IMG/VR virus record: IMGVR_UViG_2617270943_000003
Location: 1-53,880 of that record
From: a virus
Lineage: Duplodnaviria; Heunggongvirae; Uroviricota; Caudoviricetes
Length of the DNA: 53,880 bases
Strand: one strand, 5' to 3'
Shown here: positions 9,452-17,633 of the stretch, piece by piece
Numbering within the stretch: the stretch's first letter is position 1
Layout of the letters: the number at the start of each line of letters is the position of its first letter
Translations under genes and position numbers: made by a program
Notes under the pieces: generated by a model
The model's input: only the letters and a program-made list of their open reading frames with translations
Database searches by the model: none
What the model was told of the DNA's origin: nothing

Positions 9452-9742
9452 ATGAGCGTTACAATTATATATGGTAAATGTGATAGCAAAATGAATGCCA
9501 GGGAACGCAGAAGGATAAAAAGAGAAAACGAAAGAAAATCATCACCTGCAATCAATAAAACAGACAATGTGGATAAAGCTATTCGATTTGCAAACGAGGA
9601 AAGATGCAAACCAAATAGCATTAAAGAACGTCGCAAAGGATCAGTAAAATGGTATACGGAAAATGAAAGCGGCAGCTACTACCACGCAACGCAACCACGC
9701 CATTTAGGGGAAAAACCCCTGGATAAAGTCCGCTATCATTAA
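9452..9742 (+). CDS. Candidate N-like antitermination protein (arginine-rich motif)
   Basis: First gene after the early promoter; basic 96 aa protein with N-terminal arginine-rich stretch NARERRRIKRENERK; preceded by a ~340-nt untranslated leader. Confidence 0.35.
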   Translation: MSVTIIYGKCDSKMNARERRRIKRENERKSSPAINKTDNVDKAIRFANEERCKPNSIKERRKGSVKWYTENESGSYYHATQPRHLGEKPLDKVRYH

Positions 9743-9891
9743 TACAAAATGTAAACATCCGGAGATGACATTATGGTTATTCAGGCGCTTCAATTCAAAC
9801 TGGCAGTAGCGGAAATGCTTCACGATGCCGAAATGTGGAGCGCCGCGAATAAAGCCTTATACATAGTGTTAACAGCACGGGAGATTAAATA

Positions 9892-10533
9892 GTGAAAACA
9901 GAGTTACATAAAAAGCTATGGACGATTCAGCAAACGCTGAACGCGCCGAAAAATCAGCGTAATAATTTTGGTGGATATAATTACAGGTCGGCGGAGGATA
10001 TTTTAGAGGCGGTTAAACCACTGCTTCAAAATATCACGCTGACTGTTAGTGATGAAATTGTCCTGATCGGCAATCGCTATTATGTGAAAGCAACGGCGAC
10101 GCTAAGCGACGGTGAAGACGTAATAGCGGTAACTGCTTATGCCAGGGAGGAAGAAAGCAAGAAGGGTATGGACGCTAGCCAGCTAACAGGAGCAACATCA
10201 AGTTACGCGCGTAAATATGCTTTGAACGGTTTATTCTGTATAGATGATGCTCGCGATCCTGATACTGATGCTTACGCGAAGCAGACAGGCCAGCAGCCGC
10301 GACAACAGAAAAACCCACCAAAACAACAACCGCAGCAGAAGAAAGCGCCGCCAAATCCTGATGAAGTATTAGCACGTTTCTGTGATGCAGCAGCGAAAGC
10401 GCAGGACGCTAACAAGCTGCGTGAAATATTTGGCAAATGCTGGAAATTACTACCGGAAGGATCGGAGCATCGAATCAAGGCAAAAGATGTTTATGACATC
10501 CGGGTAGCAGAGCTTAACGGGGAGATGGGTTAA
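9892..10533 (+). CDS. erf: ERF-family single-strand annealing protein
   Basis: NFGGYNYRSAEDILEAVKPLL...SYARKYALNGLF is the ERF signature; GTG start with GGGAG Shine-Dalgarno-like sequence. Confidence 0.85.
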   Translation: MKTELHKKLWTIQQTLNAPKNQRNNFGGYNYRSAEDILEAVKPLLQNITLTVSDEIVLIGNRYYVKATATLSDGEDVIAVTAYAREEESKKGMDASQLTGATSSYARKYALNGLFCIDDARDPDTDAYAKQTGQQPRQQKNPPKQQPQQKKAPPNPDEVLARFCDAAAKAQDANKLREIFGKCWKLLPEGSEHRIKAKDVYDIRVAELNGEMG

Positions 10534-10949
10534 TGAGTTTAAATTCAATCACGCTGGGCGGGAATATCGGTAATGATATGGATGTTCGCTACACACAAAA
10601 CGGGAAAGCGATTGGTAGTTTTCCGTTAGCTGTAACGAATGGCTACGGCGATAATAAGCGGACAATGTGGGTCACTTGCCTGGTATTTGGTGAGCGTGCG
10701 GAAAAATTAGCGCCACATATCCGCAAGGGTGGAAAAATAGTGGTAAGCGGTCGCCTAGATGTTCGGCAATATGACCGGAACGACGGCACGAAGGGGACGG
10801 CGGTAGAAGTGGCGGTTAACGAATTTGAATTCATGAACGTTAACCAACAAGGCCAGCAGCAAGGCCAGCAGCAGAAAGCGCCACCGCCTCAAAATAATAA
10901 CGGGAATAATCCGCCGCCGATGGACTTCGACGATGATATTCCGTTCTGA
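10533..10949 (+). CDS. ssb: Single-stranded DNA-binding protein
   Basis: OB-fold N-terminus (LNSITLGGNIGNDMDVRYTQNGKAIGSFPLAV...WVTCLVFGERAEKLAPHIRKGGKIVVSGRL), Gln/Pro-rich linker and acidic tail DFDDDIPF. Confidence 0.9.
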   Translation: MSLNSITLGGNIGNDMDVRYTQNGKAIGSFPLAVTNGYGDNKRTMWVTCLVFGERAEKLAPHIRKGGKIVVSGRLDVRQYDRNDGTKGTAVEVAVNEFEFMNVNQQGQQQGQQQKAPPPQNNNGNNPPPMDFDDDIPF

Positions 10950-10958
10950 TTCAATAGG

Positions 10959-11243
10959 TTGGCGATGGGTGATTATTTAAAAGCACCGCCGCCGCCGCGA
11001 ACAAAAGAGCAAGTTTTAAGAGAAGCCCGTGATCAAATCGATCGCGGGCTTTTTTTATGCGGCACGGCAGCGGATCGAATGGCGAAAAGATTTAGTGACC
11101 TGTACGCAAAGCAAATATGGTTCGACAACTGGCAGGCAAGTTTTTACCCACTACAGAAAGCTGATGATATGCATTGGCCTGAATATGTCGATCCACGTAT
11201 GCGCAAATATCGCGGGCGTATGGGCCAGGTTATTAACGATTAA
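10959..11243 (+). CDS. Hypothetical protein
   Basis: 94 aa ORF in the early operon. Confidence 0.45.
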   Translation: MAMGDYLKAPPPPRTKEQVLREARDQIDRGLFLCGTAADRMAKRFSDLYAKQIWFDNWQASFYPLQKADDMHWPEYVDPRMRKYRGRMGQVIND

Positions 11244-11257
11244 TGAGGTATTAAATC

Positions 11258-11482
11258 ATGATCGAAGATAAAGAAGTTGACGGAGAAATTCCTGATGGCG
11301 CTGATGAGCTTATCACTTTCGGCGGCGGGCTGTACGAATTCGAGACGTCTGCTGGCTGGGTTGATAAATGGCCTTTCCCTACTCGACAGGAATTAAGCGA
11401 ACGTAAATCATTTGGCGAAGATGCCGAACGCCTGGCGAATAATAAATGGTTGGATAAATTTATTGCGGAGGCTGATAAATGA
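11258..11482 (+). CDS. Hypothetical protein
   Basis: 74 aa ORF in the early operon. Confidence 0.45.
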   Translation: MIEDKEVDGEIPDGADELITFGGGLYEFETSAGWVDKWPFPTRQELSERKSFGEDAERLANNKWLDKFIAEADK

Positions 11483-11598
11483 GCATGGTAAAAATTGCGG
11501 CATTAGCCGCCGCCTTCGTTATTGTGGTGATTTATATCACAGCTTCTTTTTATGTCGCCGTTTTTATTGCTGAATTAATTGTTGCATTGTTGGGGTGA
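11479..11598 (+). CDS. Small hydrophobic membrane peptide (39 aa)
   Basis: MSMVKIAALAAAFVIVVIYITASFYVAVFIAELIVALLG; ATGA stop/start overlap with the upstream gene. Confidence 0.3.
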   Translation: MSMVKIAALAAAFVIVVIYITASFYVAVFIAELIVALLG

Positions 11599-11601
11599 GT
11601 T

Positions 11602-11721
11602 ATGAAGGTTTGCAAGAATATTGTGAGGGTCGCTTTTTGCGTTATTTGTTTCCTGTTTACGATTGTGTTTTGCGGCGCACTTGCGGCGGTGATTAGCTTT
11701 ATTTGTAAAGGGGCGATGTGA
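11602..11721 (+). CDS. Small hydrophobic Cys-rich membrane peptide (39 aa)
   Basis: MKVCKNIVRVAFCVICFLFTIVFCGALAAVISFICKGAM; GGGGTGAG Shine-Dalgarno-like sequence 5 nt upstream. Confidence 0.3.
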   Translation: MKVCKNIVRVAFCVICFLFTIVFCGALAAVISFICKGAM

Positions 11722-11993
11722 TGGTTACTTGGAATGTAAAAGAGGGCGATCTTGTTGTTTTGCCAGAATATCGTAGCGACCCTGGTCTGGTTGTGCTGAA
11801 CAAGACATATAACGATCTTGAACGCCCGATCCTGGTTAAATATCTGGATGGAACAATTATAGAGCCGCGTTTCTTTGACAAGATTGAACTGAAGGCCCGC
11901 AATGTTCGCGTTAAGCCGTTCCGGGCTTATGTTGAAAACCACTGGCGGAAATTATTCGCCGGATTAAATGGGATGTTCGGCGTATGCCTATAA
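11721..11993 (+). CDS. Hypothetical protein
   Basis: ORF 11718-11993; ATG at 11721. Confidence 0.45.
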   Translation: MVTWNVKEGDLVVLPEYRSDPGLVVLNKTYNDLERPILVKYLDGTIIEPRFFDKIELKARNVRVKPFRAYVENHWRKLFAGLNGMFGVCL

Positions 11994-12175
11994 AAGAAGT
12001 AAAGGTTAAACACCTGAAAGGTGGGGAGCGCTTAAAGGCGTGGTGGGGCCGTGAATTTACAGCCACTGCTTTCAGATTCAGGCAAGGCGGAGAGGTCATT
12101 ATATACGACGAAAACATGGATGAAGTTGGTAAATGGCATCTTGAGCAATACGTCGAGGTGTTAAATGAAAATTAA
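11984..12175 (+). CDS. Hypothetical protein
   Basis: 63 aa ORF with overlapping stop/start. Confidence 0.4.
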   Translation: MPIKEVKVKHLKGGERLKAWWGREFTATAFRFRQGGEVIIYDENMDEVGKWHLEQYVEVLNEN

Positions 12176-12497
12176 ATTCCATAAAGCATATGATAGCGAA
12201 ACAAACAAGCTATCACTATTTATCGAATTCGAACGCCGGATCGTGGTTGTGCCCTGGGCGCGGCGCTTTAATGACGCCGCCGGACGTAGACAATTCGCGG
12301 TCGATATGCTGTTACGCGGCTGCGGCCTTATGCGTCCGCTATCTGATTTAAAACGAATGATGCCGGGATCGTTCGGTCAGATTGATGAAATAGAAATAAG
12401 CCCGGAAGAACTGAAACGGGAGCGTGATTTATTCCTTTCAAGCGAAGGAAACCCGTTTAATTCAGAAACAGAAATGAAATGGCATCACCCACTATAA
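12165..12497 (+). CDS. Hypothetical protein
   Basis: 110 aa ORF. Confidence 0.45.
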   Translation: MKIKFHKAYDSETNKLSLFIEFERRIVVVPWARRFNDAAGRRQFAVDMLLRGCGLMRPLSDLKRMMPGSFGQIDEIEISPEELKRERDLFLSSEGNPFNSETEMKWHHPL

Positions 12498-12510
12498 AAG
12501 GATAAATATC

Positions 12511-13131
12511 ATGAACGACATCAAAACAGCTTACTCTCTCGGTAATGAAGGTATGTTGATCACTCGCTATACAGATGATGCAAACTTTCACGAAGTGGAA
12601 ATTAAAGATTATCACGAAGTATTGAAAGATATGGAAGCTGGCGCGTATGACGCTGATTTGAATCTGGCGCTACAGGTTGTTGATATTGTGATGGGTGCGT
12701 CAATCCGCGATTACGTGTCTTTAAGTATGGAAGAAAAAACATCGGTAGCGCGTTATGTATTCTCTCTTACTTTTGTGAAGCGCATGGAGGAAGAATTCGG
12801 ACGCGTACCAGTGCCGGAAGAGGTTGATCCGCTCGCGTTCGGAAGTGCTGTTATTTTCCCGTTGAACAAGGATCAGCTTGGTAGTGTTTCACTGCATTCT
12901 ATGCGCGGCCTGATGAAAAACATCTTTGAAGTTAAGATGTTGCAGAAATGCATTGAGGAAGGCTACAAAGAAGAAGAAGTAAAAGCGTTCATGCCATTGT
13001 TTTACGGTGAAATGGTTGGCAATGATATGCGCGCAAATGATTTCGGTGTACAGGCGGCTATCGCTGTGCTTAATGATGCACGGAAAAACGCACAGCCGAT
13101 GCCTGAACAGGGAAAACGTGTACTGCATTAA
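12511..13131 (+). CDS. Hypothetical protein
   Basis: 206 aa ORF, acidic; no motif recognised. Confidence 0.5.
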   Translation: MNDIKTAYSLGNEGMLITRYTDDANFHEVEIKDYHEVLKDMEAGAYDADLNLALQVVDIVMGASIRDYVSLSMEEKTSVARYVFSLTFVKRMEEEFGRVPVPEEVDPLAFGSAVIFPLNKDQLGSVSLHSMRGLMKNIFEVKMLQKCIEEGYKEEEVKAFMPLFYGEMVGNDMRANDFGVQAAIAVLNDARKNAQPMPEQGKRVLH

Positions 13132-13188
13132 CCGAGTGATTCCGATCACATAAATATACATTTTGTGTTGTGATCGAATATCCGTTTT

Positions 13189-13449
13189 GTGAGCCAAAAT
13201 CAAAAGGTTTACGGTGCGGAGGAAGCAAAAATGGAACGCGAATTGATGCTTTATTGCGTAGAAGGTGGCGTAGGTCACGATGCCTACGTCGCCGGGAAAG
13301 GCTATCCAGCCGATGAAGTGCTTTCTAATATGCACTTCAGAGAAAATGAAAGCCAGGTGTCTGTGTGGAAACGGTGCGTTGATGGTATTGAAGTTGTAAG
13401 TATCGAACGGTATTTGGGCACGTTTGATTACGGTGTTATTGAGGCTTAA
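13189..13449 (+). CDS. Hypothetical protein
   Basis: 86 aa ORF. Confidence 0.4.
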   Translation: MSQNQKVYGAEEAKMERELMLYCVEGGVGHDAYVAGKGYPADEVLSNMHFRENESQVSVWKRCVDGIEVVSIERYLGTFDYGVIEA

Positions 13450-13547
13450 TTATGGACGACACATTGTTTTATATGTGCTGTTGCTGTGGTTTTATTGCCT
13501 TATGCCTGTTTATCAGGTGGTTTATTGAATACCATATGAGGTGAGGC

Positions 13548-13742
13548 ATGGAACAGGAAACTGATTATAGAATACCTGAAAACCTGAAGTTAGTCGGCAT
13601 TGGTTTTGGTTGTCGTTTTGTATCTGACGCAAACGGGGCGATTTATTTAGTGCGCCTCATTGATGGTGTTCAGCATATAAGAAGGCTAGGACTTTACATC
13701 AAAGCATTCAGAAGAGGTTATTTAAAAGCTCATGAAGTTTAA
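13548..13742 (+). CDS. Hypothetical protein
   Basis: 64 aa ORF. Confidence 0.4.
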   Translation: MEQETDYRIPENLKLVGIGFGCRFVSDANGAIYLVRLIDGVQHIRRLGLYIKAFRRGYLKAHEV

Positions 13743-13935
13743 ACACTATAAAGAATGGAAAATTCCAGAATCAGCAACAAAGGCAGCGCCAGGAAATTTT
13801 TCTGGCGTTTATTTTTATATGGATGGCAAATGGTATTTCGGCAGCAGGCCGGATCACTATTATCAGGAAATATGCAAGCCTCACGTATGGGATATTAAAG
13901 AGCGCGTGAAAGGCGGTGTGATTGAGGACGTTTAG
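13732..13935 (+). CDS. Hypothetical protein
   Basis: 67 aa ORF. Confidence 0.4.
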   Translation: MKFKHYKEWKIPESATKAAPGNFSGVYFYMDGKWYFGSRPDHYYQEICKPHVWDIKERVKGGVIEDV

Positions 13936-13936
13936 A

Positions 13937-14164
13937 ATGATGCGTGCACTTATTGACTTCATTATGGGCTGGCTATTTTGTTCTTTTTTTGTATTATCAT
14001 GTATAGCTACGGTTCTTATTGGAATTTTATGCGGTGTGTCTTTTGTTACATGGGAACTACCAGAAATGCCATCACCTGATGATGCGCTTTATATGTTAAG
14101 GATCATTATTGCTGTTAGTGTATTTGTTGGGTTCTTTTTCGCTGATTCTACTGATGATTTATGA
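13937..14164 (+). CDS. Small membrane protein (two predicted TM helices)
   Basis: MMRALIDFIMGWLFCSFFVLSCIATVLIGILCGVSF...IIIAVSVFVGFFFA; start at ATG 13937 with GAGGA upstream. Confidence 0.4.
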   Translation: MMRALIDFIMGWLFCSFFVLSCIATVLIGILCGVSFVTWELPEMPSPDDALYMLRIIIAVSVFVGFFFADSTDDL

Positions 14165-14165
14165 A

Positions 14166-14399
14166 ATGGCTTTATTTAACCTGTCAGAGCCGCAATTTAA
14201 CGCCGTAAAAACTGCCGCGCGTGCGGCGCTTTCTGCCTGCAAAGCAGAGGTAGAAAGAAACGGCTACAGCGATAAAGCTACGCGGCTGATATTAGAAAAG
14301 CATTATCGCAAGGTCGCCCCGCTAATCAGTATTGAGCGTTTTGTGTGGTTGGTGGGGTATCTGAATAACCGCTGGGGAACAGATCAGGATTATTTCTAA
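14166..14399 (+). CDS. Hypothetical protein
   Basis: ORF 14109-14399; start placed at MALFNLSEPQF (14166), just after the upstream stop. Confidence 0.4.
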   Translation: MALFNLSEPQFNAVKTAARAALSACKAEVERNGYSDKATRLILEKHYRKVAPLISIERFVWLVGYLNNRWGTDQDYF

Positions 14400-14408
14400 G
14401 GGGGCGTA

Positions 14409-14948
14409 ATGAAAAATGATTACGGCGGCAGCCATACGCCGAAAGAAATAAAAGACTTATGGCAAACGCCAAAACCCGTTTTTAGAGGAATGGATCGAGA
14501 ATTCGAGTTCGTCGCGGATGTGGCGGCAAACAAGGCAAACGCATTAATACCGCGATATATAACCGAAGAAATGGACACGCTGCATTATCCGTGGGGAGCG
14601 GTGGCGATGCCTGGTGAGTATGTCTGGATGAATCCGCCATATTCTAATCCGGGGCCATTCGTTGATAAGGCGGCGCTTGAACATCAACGAAATCACATTG
14701 GCTGTGTAATGCTATTGCCCGCTGACATTTCTGTTAGCTGGTTTATGAACGGCGTGGAGACGGCAAACGAATGCCGATTAATTACGCGCGGGCGGCTGGC
14801 GTTTATCAATGCTGCGACGGGTAAACCAGCAAGCGGAAACAATAAAGGGAGTTTGTTCTTGATCTGGCATCCACGATGCAGACATGAATGTATTTTCACG
14901 CAGATAACACGTAAAGAGCTATATGCAAGAGGTGCAGAAAATGAGTAA
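14409..14948 (+). CDS. dam: Phage DNA N6-adenine methyltransferase (Dam-like)
   Basis: Catalytic NPPY motif (WMNPPYSNP) and overall resemblance to the phage N6-adenine methyltransferase family. Confidence 0.75.
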   Translation: MKNDYGGSHTPKEIKDLWQTPKPVFRGMDREFEFVADVAANKANALIPRYITEEMDTLHYPWGAVAMPGEYVWMNPPYSNPGPFVDKAALEHQRNHIGCVMLLPADISVSWFMNGVETANECRLITRGRLAFINAATGKPASGNNKGSLFLIWHPRCRHECIFTQITRKELYARGAENE

Positions 14949-15432
14949 AGCGGCTGAATTGCTAAGACTTGCGGCTGAAACTATTGAGGCAAGAGGGGAA
15001 CAAAACGGATACGATCGAAAAGAAGAAAAATCAGCGCCAAAAATAGCCACTATTTACAACGCTAAGAAGGGGACAAATCTAACCCCGCTTGATGTATGGG
15101 ATCTACTAATTTGTCTCAAGGAGGGGCGATTAGAGGCCATTTTAAGCAATGGTAGCGACCCGCTCGACACTCTTATAGACCTTATTGCTTATAACGCGCT
15201 AAAAGCGGAGCAAATATTAACGGAGCGGGAGGAAGAACAAAGAAAGAAACAGGCTGTTTTTGATATGCCGTTAAATTGCGGCTGCAAGAAAACATCAATA
15301 CCAGGCGACTTGATCGCCGCCAGCGGGATAACGCTAAATGGTAGCCTTTCAAATAGGCTTGATGTGAAGTTTGACAACGAATCACTATTACGCGCGGCGG
15401 GGTATCATAAGAATGGAAAGGGTGACAATTGA
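14941..15432 (+). CDS. Hypothetical protein
   Basis: ORF 14923-15432; start at MSKAAELL with GAGGTG upstream. Confidence 0.45.
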   Translation: MSKAAELLRLAAETIEARGEQNGYDRKEEKSAPKIATIYNAKKGTNLTPLDVWDLLICLKEGRLEAILSNGSDPLDTLIDLIAYNALKAEQILTEREEEQRKKQAVFDMPLNCGCKKTSIPGDLIAASGITLNGSLSNRLDVKFDNESLLRAAGYHKNGKGDN

Positions 15433-15916
15433 CAGGTTATTAGCCTGCGTTTATGTCGCCGTTTTCGTGATCATCAATCTTATTGTTAACCATTGCGGCC
15501 CGTTGGTAATTCCGATCACCACGGTAGCCGCCGTGTGTGTCAATATGATGATCCGTGACTTCCTGTTATATGACGGCGGCTTGAGATGGTCGTCTACAAC
15601 ATGCGCCGCCGCTGGCGCAATCACTGTACTGATAAATTACGACGCCGGAATGGTGGCGATCGCGTCATTTGTCGCGGTTGTTTCCGGTGCGCTTATTTCT
15701 GGCGGCGTTTACCGGGTTTTGCCTGGTGACTTTGATTCTAAACGTTGGCCTGCAAATATAGCGTCCGCCATAGGTGATGCGTTAATTTTCCCGACGCTAT
15801 CGTTTATGGCATTTATGCCGGAAATATCAGCTATGCAATTCATCTCAAAAATGGCAGCGGTAACGGTGATTACTATCATCATGCGCCGCTATTTCACGTT
15901 TGAGGGTAGAAAATGA
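15413..15916 (+). CDS. Polytopic membrane protein (possibly YhhQ/VUT-family transporter-like)
   Basis: About 5 hydrophobic helices; ATG at 15413 (MERVTIDRLL). Family assignment is tentative, from architecture only. Confidence 0.35.
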   Translation: MERVTIDRLLACVYVAVFVIINLIVNHCGPLVIPITTVAAVCVNMMIRDFLLYDGGLRWSSTTCAAAGAITVLINYDAGMVAIASFVAVVSGALISGGVYRVLPGDFDSKRWPANIASAIGDALIFPTLSFMAFMPEISAMQFISKMAAVTVITIIMRRYFTFEGRK

Positions 15917-16677
15917 GCGGGCTTAGAAATTGGGTGGTGTGGTCGCTGTATGACGGCAGCGGGTACGCTGTTAAAGATTGGGCGGACGCTGGTTATAAAT
16001 GTTATTGCTTCAACTATGACGGCGCTAATCACGGTGATTATGACGGGGTAAAAATAATTCATCCAAATATTGAATATGTTAACGTCTGGATTGATAGCCA
16101 TTTTCTGGTAATGTTCTCCCCTGAATTGTCTGTATATCCAGATCCTGACATTATCCTGGGCTTTCCTCCATGCGACAATCTCGCCGTTTCAGGCGCTCGC
16201 TGGTTCGCTGATAAACGGAAAAAAGACCCTGACTTCCAGGTGAAGGCGGCGCATAACGCAAAACTGGTAGAAAAACTGGCGAATATGCATAACGTGCCGT
16301 GGATGGTGGAAAATCCGGTGGGCGCACTGTCAACGTTATGGCGTAAACCGGATTTTATCTTCAATCCGTGCGCTTACGGTGGCTACCTGCCGGAAGATGA
16401 TAAGCATCCCGCTTTCCCGGAATACATTGCCGACCGCGACGCCTACACGAAGAAAACTTGTATTTGGTGCGGGAATGGATTTAAGCAGCCGCTATTCCGT
16501 CCTGTGCCGATGCCAGATGAATGGGAAGACAGTAAGCAGCACGCGAAGTTAGGCGGAAAATCAAAGCGAACAAAGATGATCCGCTCACTAACGCCGCGTG
16601 GCTTCGCCCGTGCTGTATTCCTGGCTAACGACCGGGCCATCAATCGTACTACGCTCAACCGCGTTTTGCCGGACTGA
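15913..16677 (+). CDS. Putative DNA cytosine-5 methyltransferase-like protein
   Basis: Motif IV-like GFPPCDNLAVSG (PC catalytic dipeptide), motif VI-like MVENPVG, motif I-like SLYDGSGYA; short at 254 aa. Confidence 0.5.
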   Translation: MSGLRNWVVWSLYDGSGYAVKDWADAGYKCYCFNYDGANHGDYDGVKIIHPNIEYVNVWIDSHFLVMFSPELSVYPDPDIILGFPPCDNLAVSGARWFADKRKKDPDFQVKAAHNAKLVEKLANMHNVPWMVENPVGALSTLWRKPDFIFNPCAYGGYLPEDDKHPAFPEYIADRDAYTKKTCIWCGNGFKQPLFRPVPMPDEWEDSKQHAKLGGKSKRTKMIRSLTPRGFARAVFLANDRAINRTTLNRVLPD

Positions 16678-16699
16678 AGTTTACAAAATGGCGTCATTG

Positions 16700-16715
16700 T
16701 GTGATGAATGTCACA
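16700..16715. promoter_or_regulatory. Consensus CRP-like palindrome TGTGA-N6-TCACA
   Basis: TGTGATGAATGTCACA read directly; lies between inverted copies of the TACAAAATGG element upstream of the Cys-rich ORF and ninG. Confidence 0.4.
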
Positions 16716-16836
16716 TAATGGCGCTTTGCACCTTGTTAGCACGTATCCATTTTGTATACTTCAAGCAAACAAAATGCTCTTTAAAAATCCGGCAGCGCTG
16801 AAATGCGTAGAAATCACCTGAAAAGGAGAGAGCATT

Positions 16837-17013
16837 ATGCCTTTTGATAATTACCAATGGCATGACGACTATGAACGAGAAAGCGTTATGCGTGCAATGT
16901 GCAATGTATGCAGCACGAAGAAAGGAGGCTGTAACGAGTGCAACGAATGCTTAGAACATTGGCTAAGGGCCGGACACGCCGAAAGGCTGAACGAAACAGA
17001 GAATCAAAAATAA
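16837..17013 (+). CDS. Small Cys-rich protein (58 aa)
   Basis: MPFDNYQWHDDYERESVMRAMCNVCSTKKGGCNECNECLEHWLRAGHAERL; AAGGAGAG Shine-Dalgarno-like sequence upstream. Confidence 0.35.
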   Translation: MPFDNYQWHDDYERESVMRAMCNVCSTKKGGCNECNECLEHWLRAGHAERLNETENQK

Positions 17014-17027
17014 TCGGGGTGGTTTTT

Positions 17028-17633
17028 ATGCAAAACCCTAAAAAACCCATAAGACGCCGTTGCAAATGCTGCGGCGTTTTTTTTGAGCCTAAATATCACA
17101 ATCAAACGTGGTGCAGCGATGAATGTCTGGAAGAACTGAAGTTTGACCAGCTATGCCGCGACCGTGAGAAGGCTATGAAGGCTATGGAGCGGAAGAAACG
17201 CCGTGATAGCCAGAGGGAAGAACGCAACCGGAAGCGTAAACAGTTAAATCCGCGTAGTTATTGGATCAAACAAGTTCAAAATGTATTTAACGCCTATATT
17301 CGCGAACGTGACGCGCGCTTGCCGTGTATATCTTGCGGGACTTACTACGGTGAGCAATGCGGGTGGGATGCAGGTCATTACAGGACGGTAGCCGCCGCCG
17401 GACATCTTCGCTTTAACGAGGATAATTGCCATAAACAATGCAGGCACTGCAACCAGACATTAGACGGGAACATAGGAGGGTATCGCCCGGCACTGATTCG
17501 AAAAATTGGCCTCGCCAGGGTGGTAGCGCTGGAAAACAACAATGATACGCATAAATGGACGATCGCAGAATGTAAGGAGCTAATAAACATCTATCAGGCT
17601 AAATTGGACGCCTTAAGGAGAAAGGCAGCATGA
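17028..17633 (+). CDS. ninG: NinG / Rap recombination protein
   Basis: MQNPKKPIRRRCKCCGVFFEPKYHNQTWCSDEC...PRSYWIKQVQNVFNAYIRERDARLPCISCGT...WDAGHYRT...LRFNEDNCHKQC is closely collinear with lambda NinG. Confidence 0.85.
   Translation: MQNPKKPIRRRCKCCGVFFEPKYHNQTWCSDECLEELKFDQLCRDREKAMKAMERKKRRDSQREERNRKRKQLNPRSYWIKQVQNVFNAYIRERDARLPCISCGTYYGEQCGWDAGHYRTVAAAGHLRFNEDNCHKQCRHCNQTLDGNIGGYRPALIRKIGLARVVALENNNDTHKWTIAECKELINIYQAKLDALRRKAA

Noticed and set aside
9773-9891. 39-codon + strand ORF immediately upstream of erf
   Set aside because: Plausible by position (stop overlaps the erf GTG start) but no recognisable ribosome-binding site or motif; left uncalled.
11550-11942. 130-aa and 67-aa minus-strand ORFs in the early operon
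   Set aside because: They run antisense to a co-directional string of + strand genes with good start contexts; their products are low-complexity and lack a ribosome-binding site. Treated as shadow ORFs.
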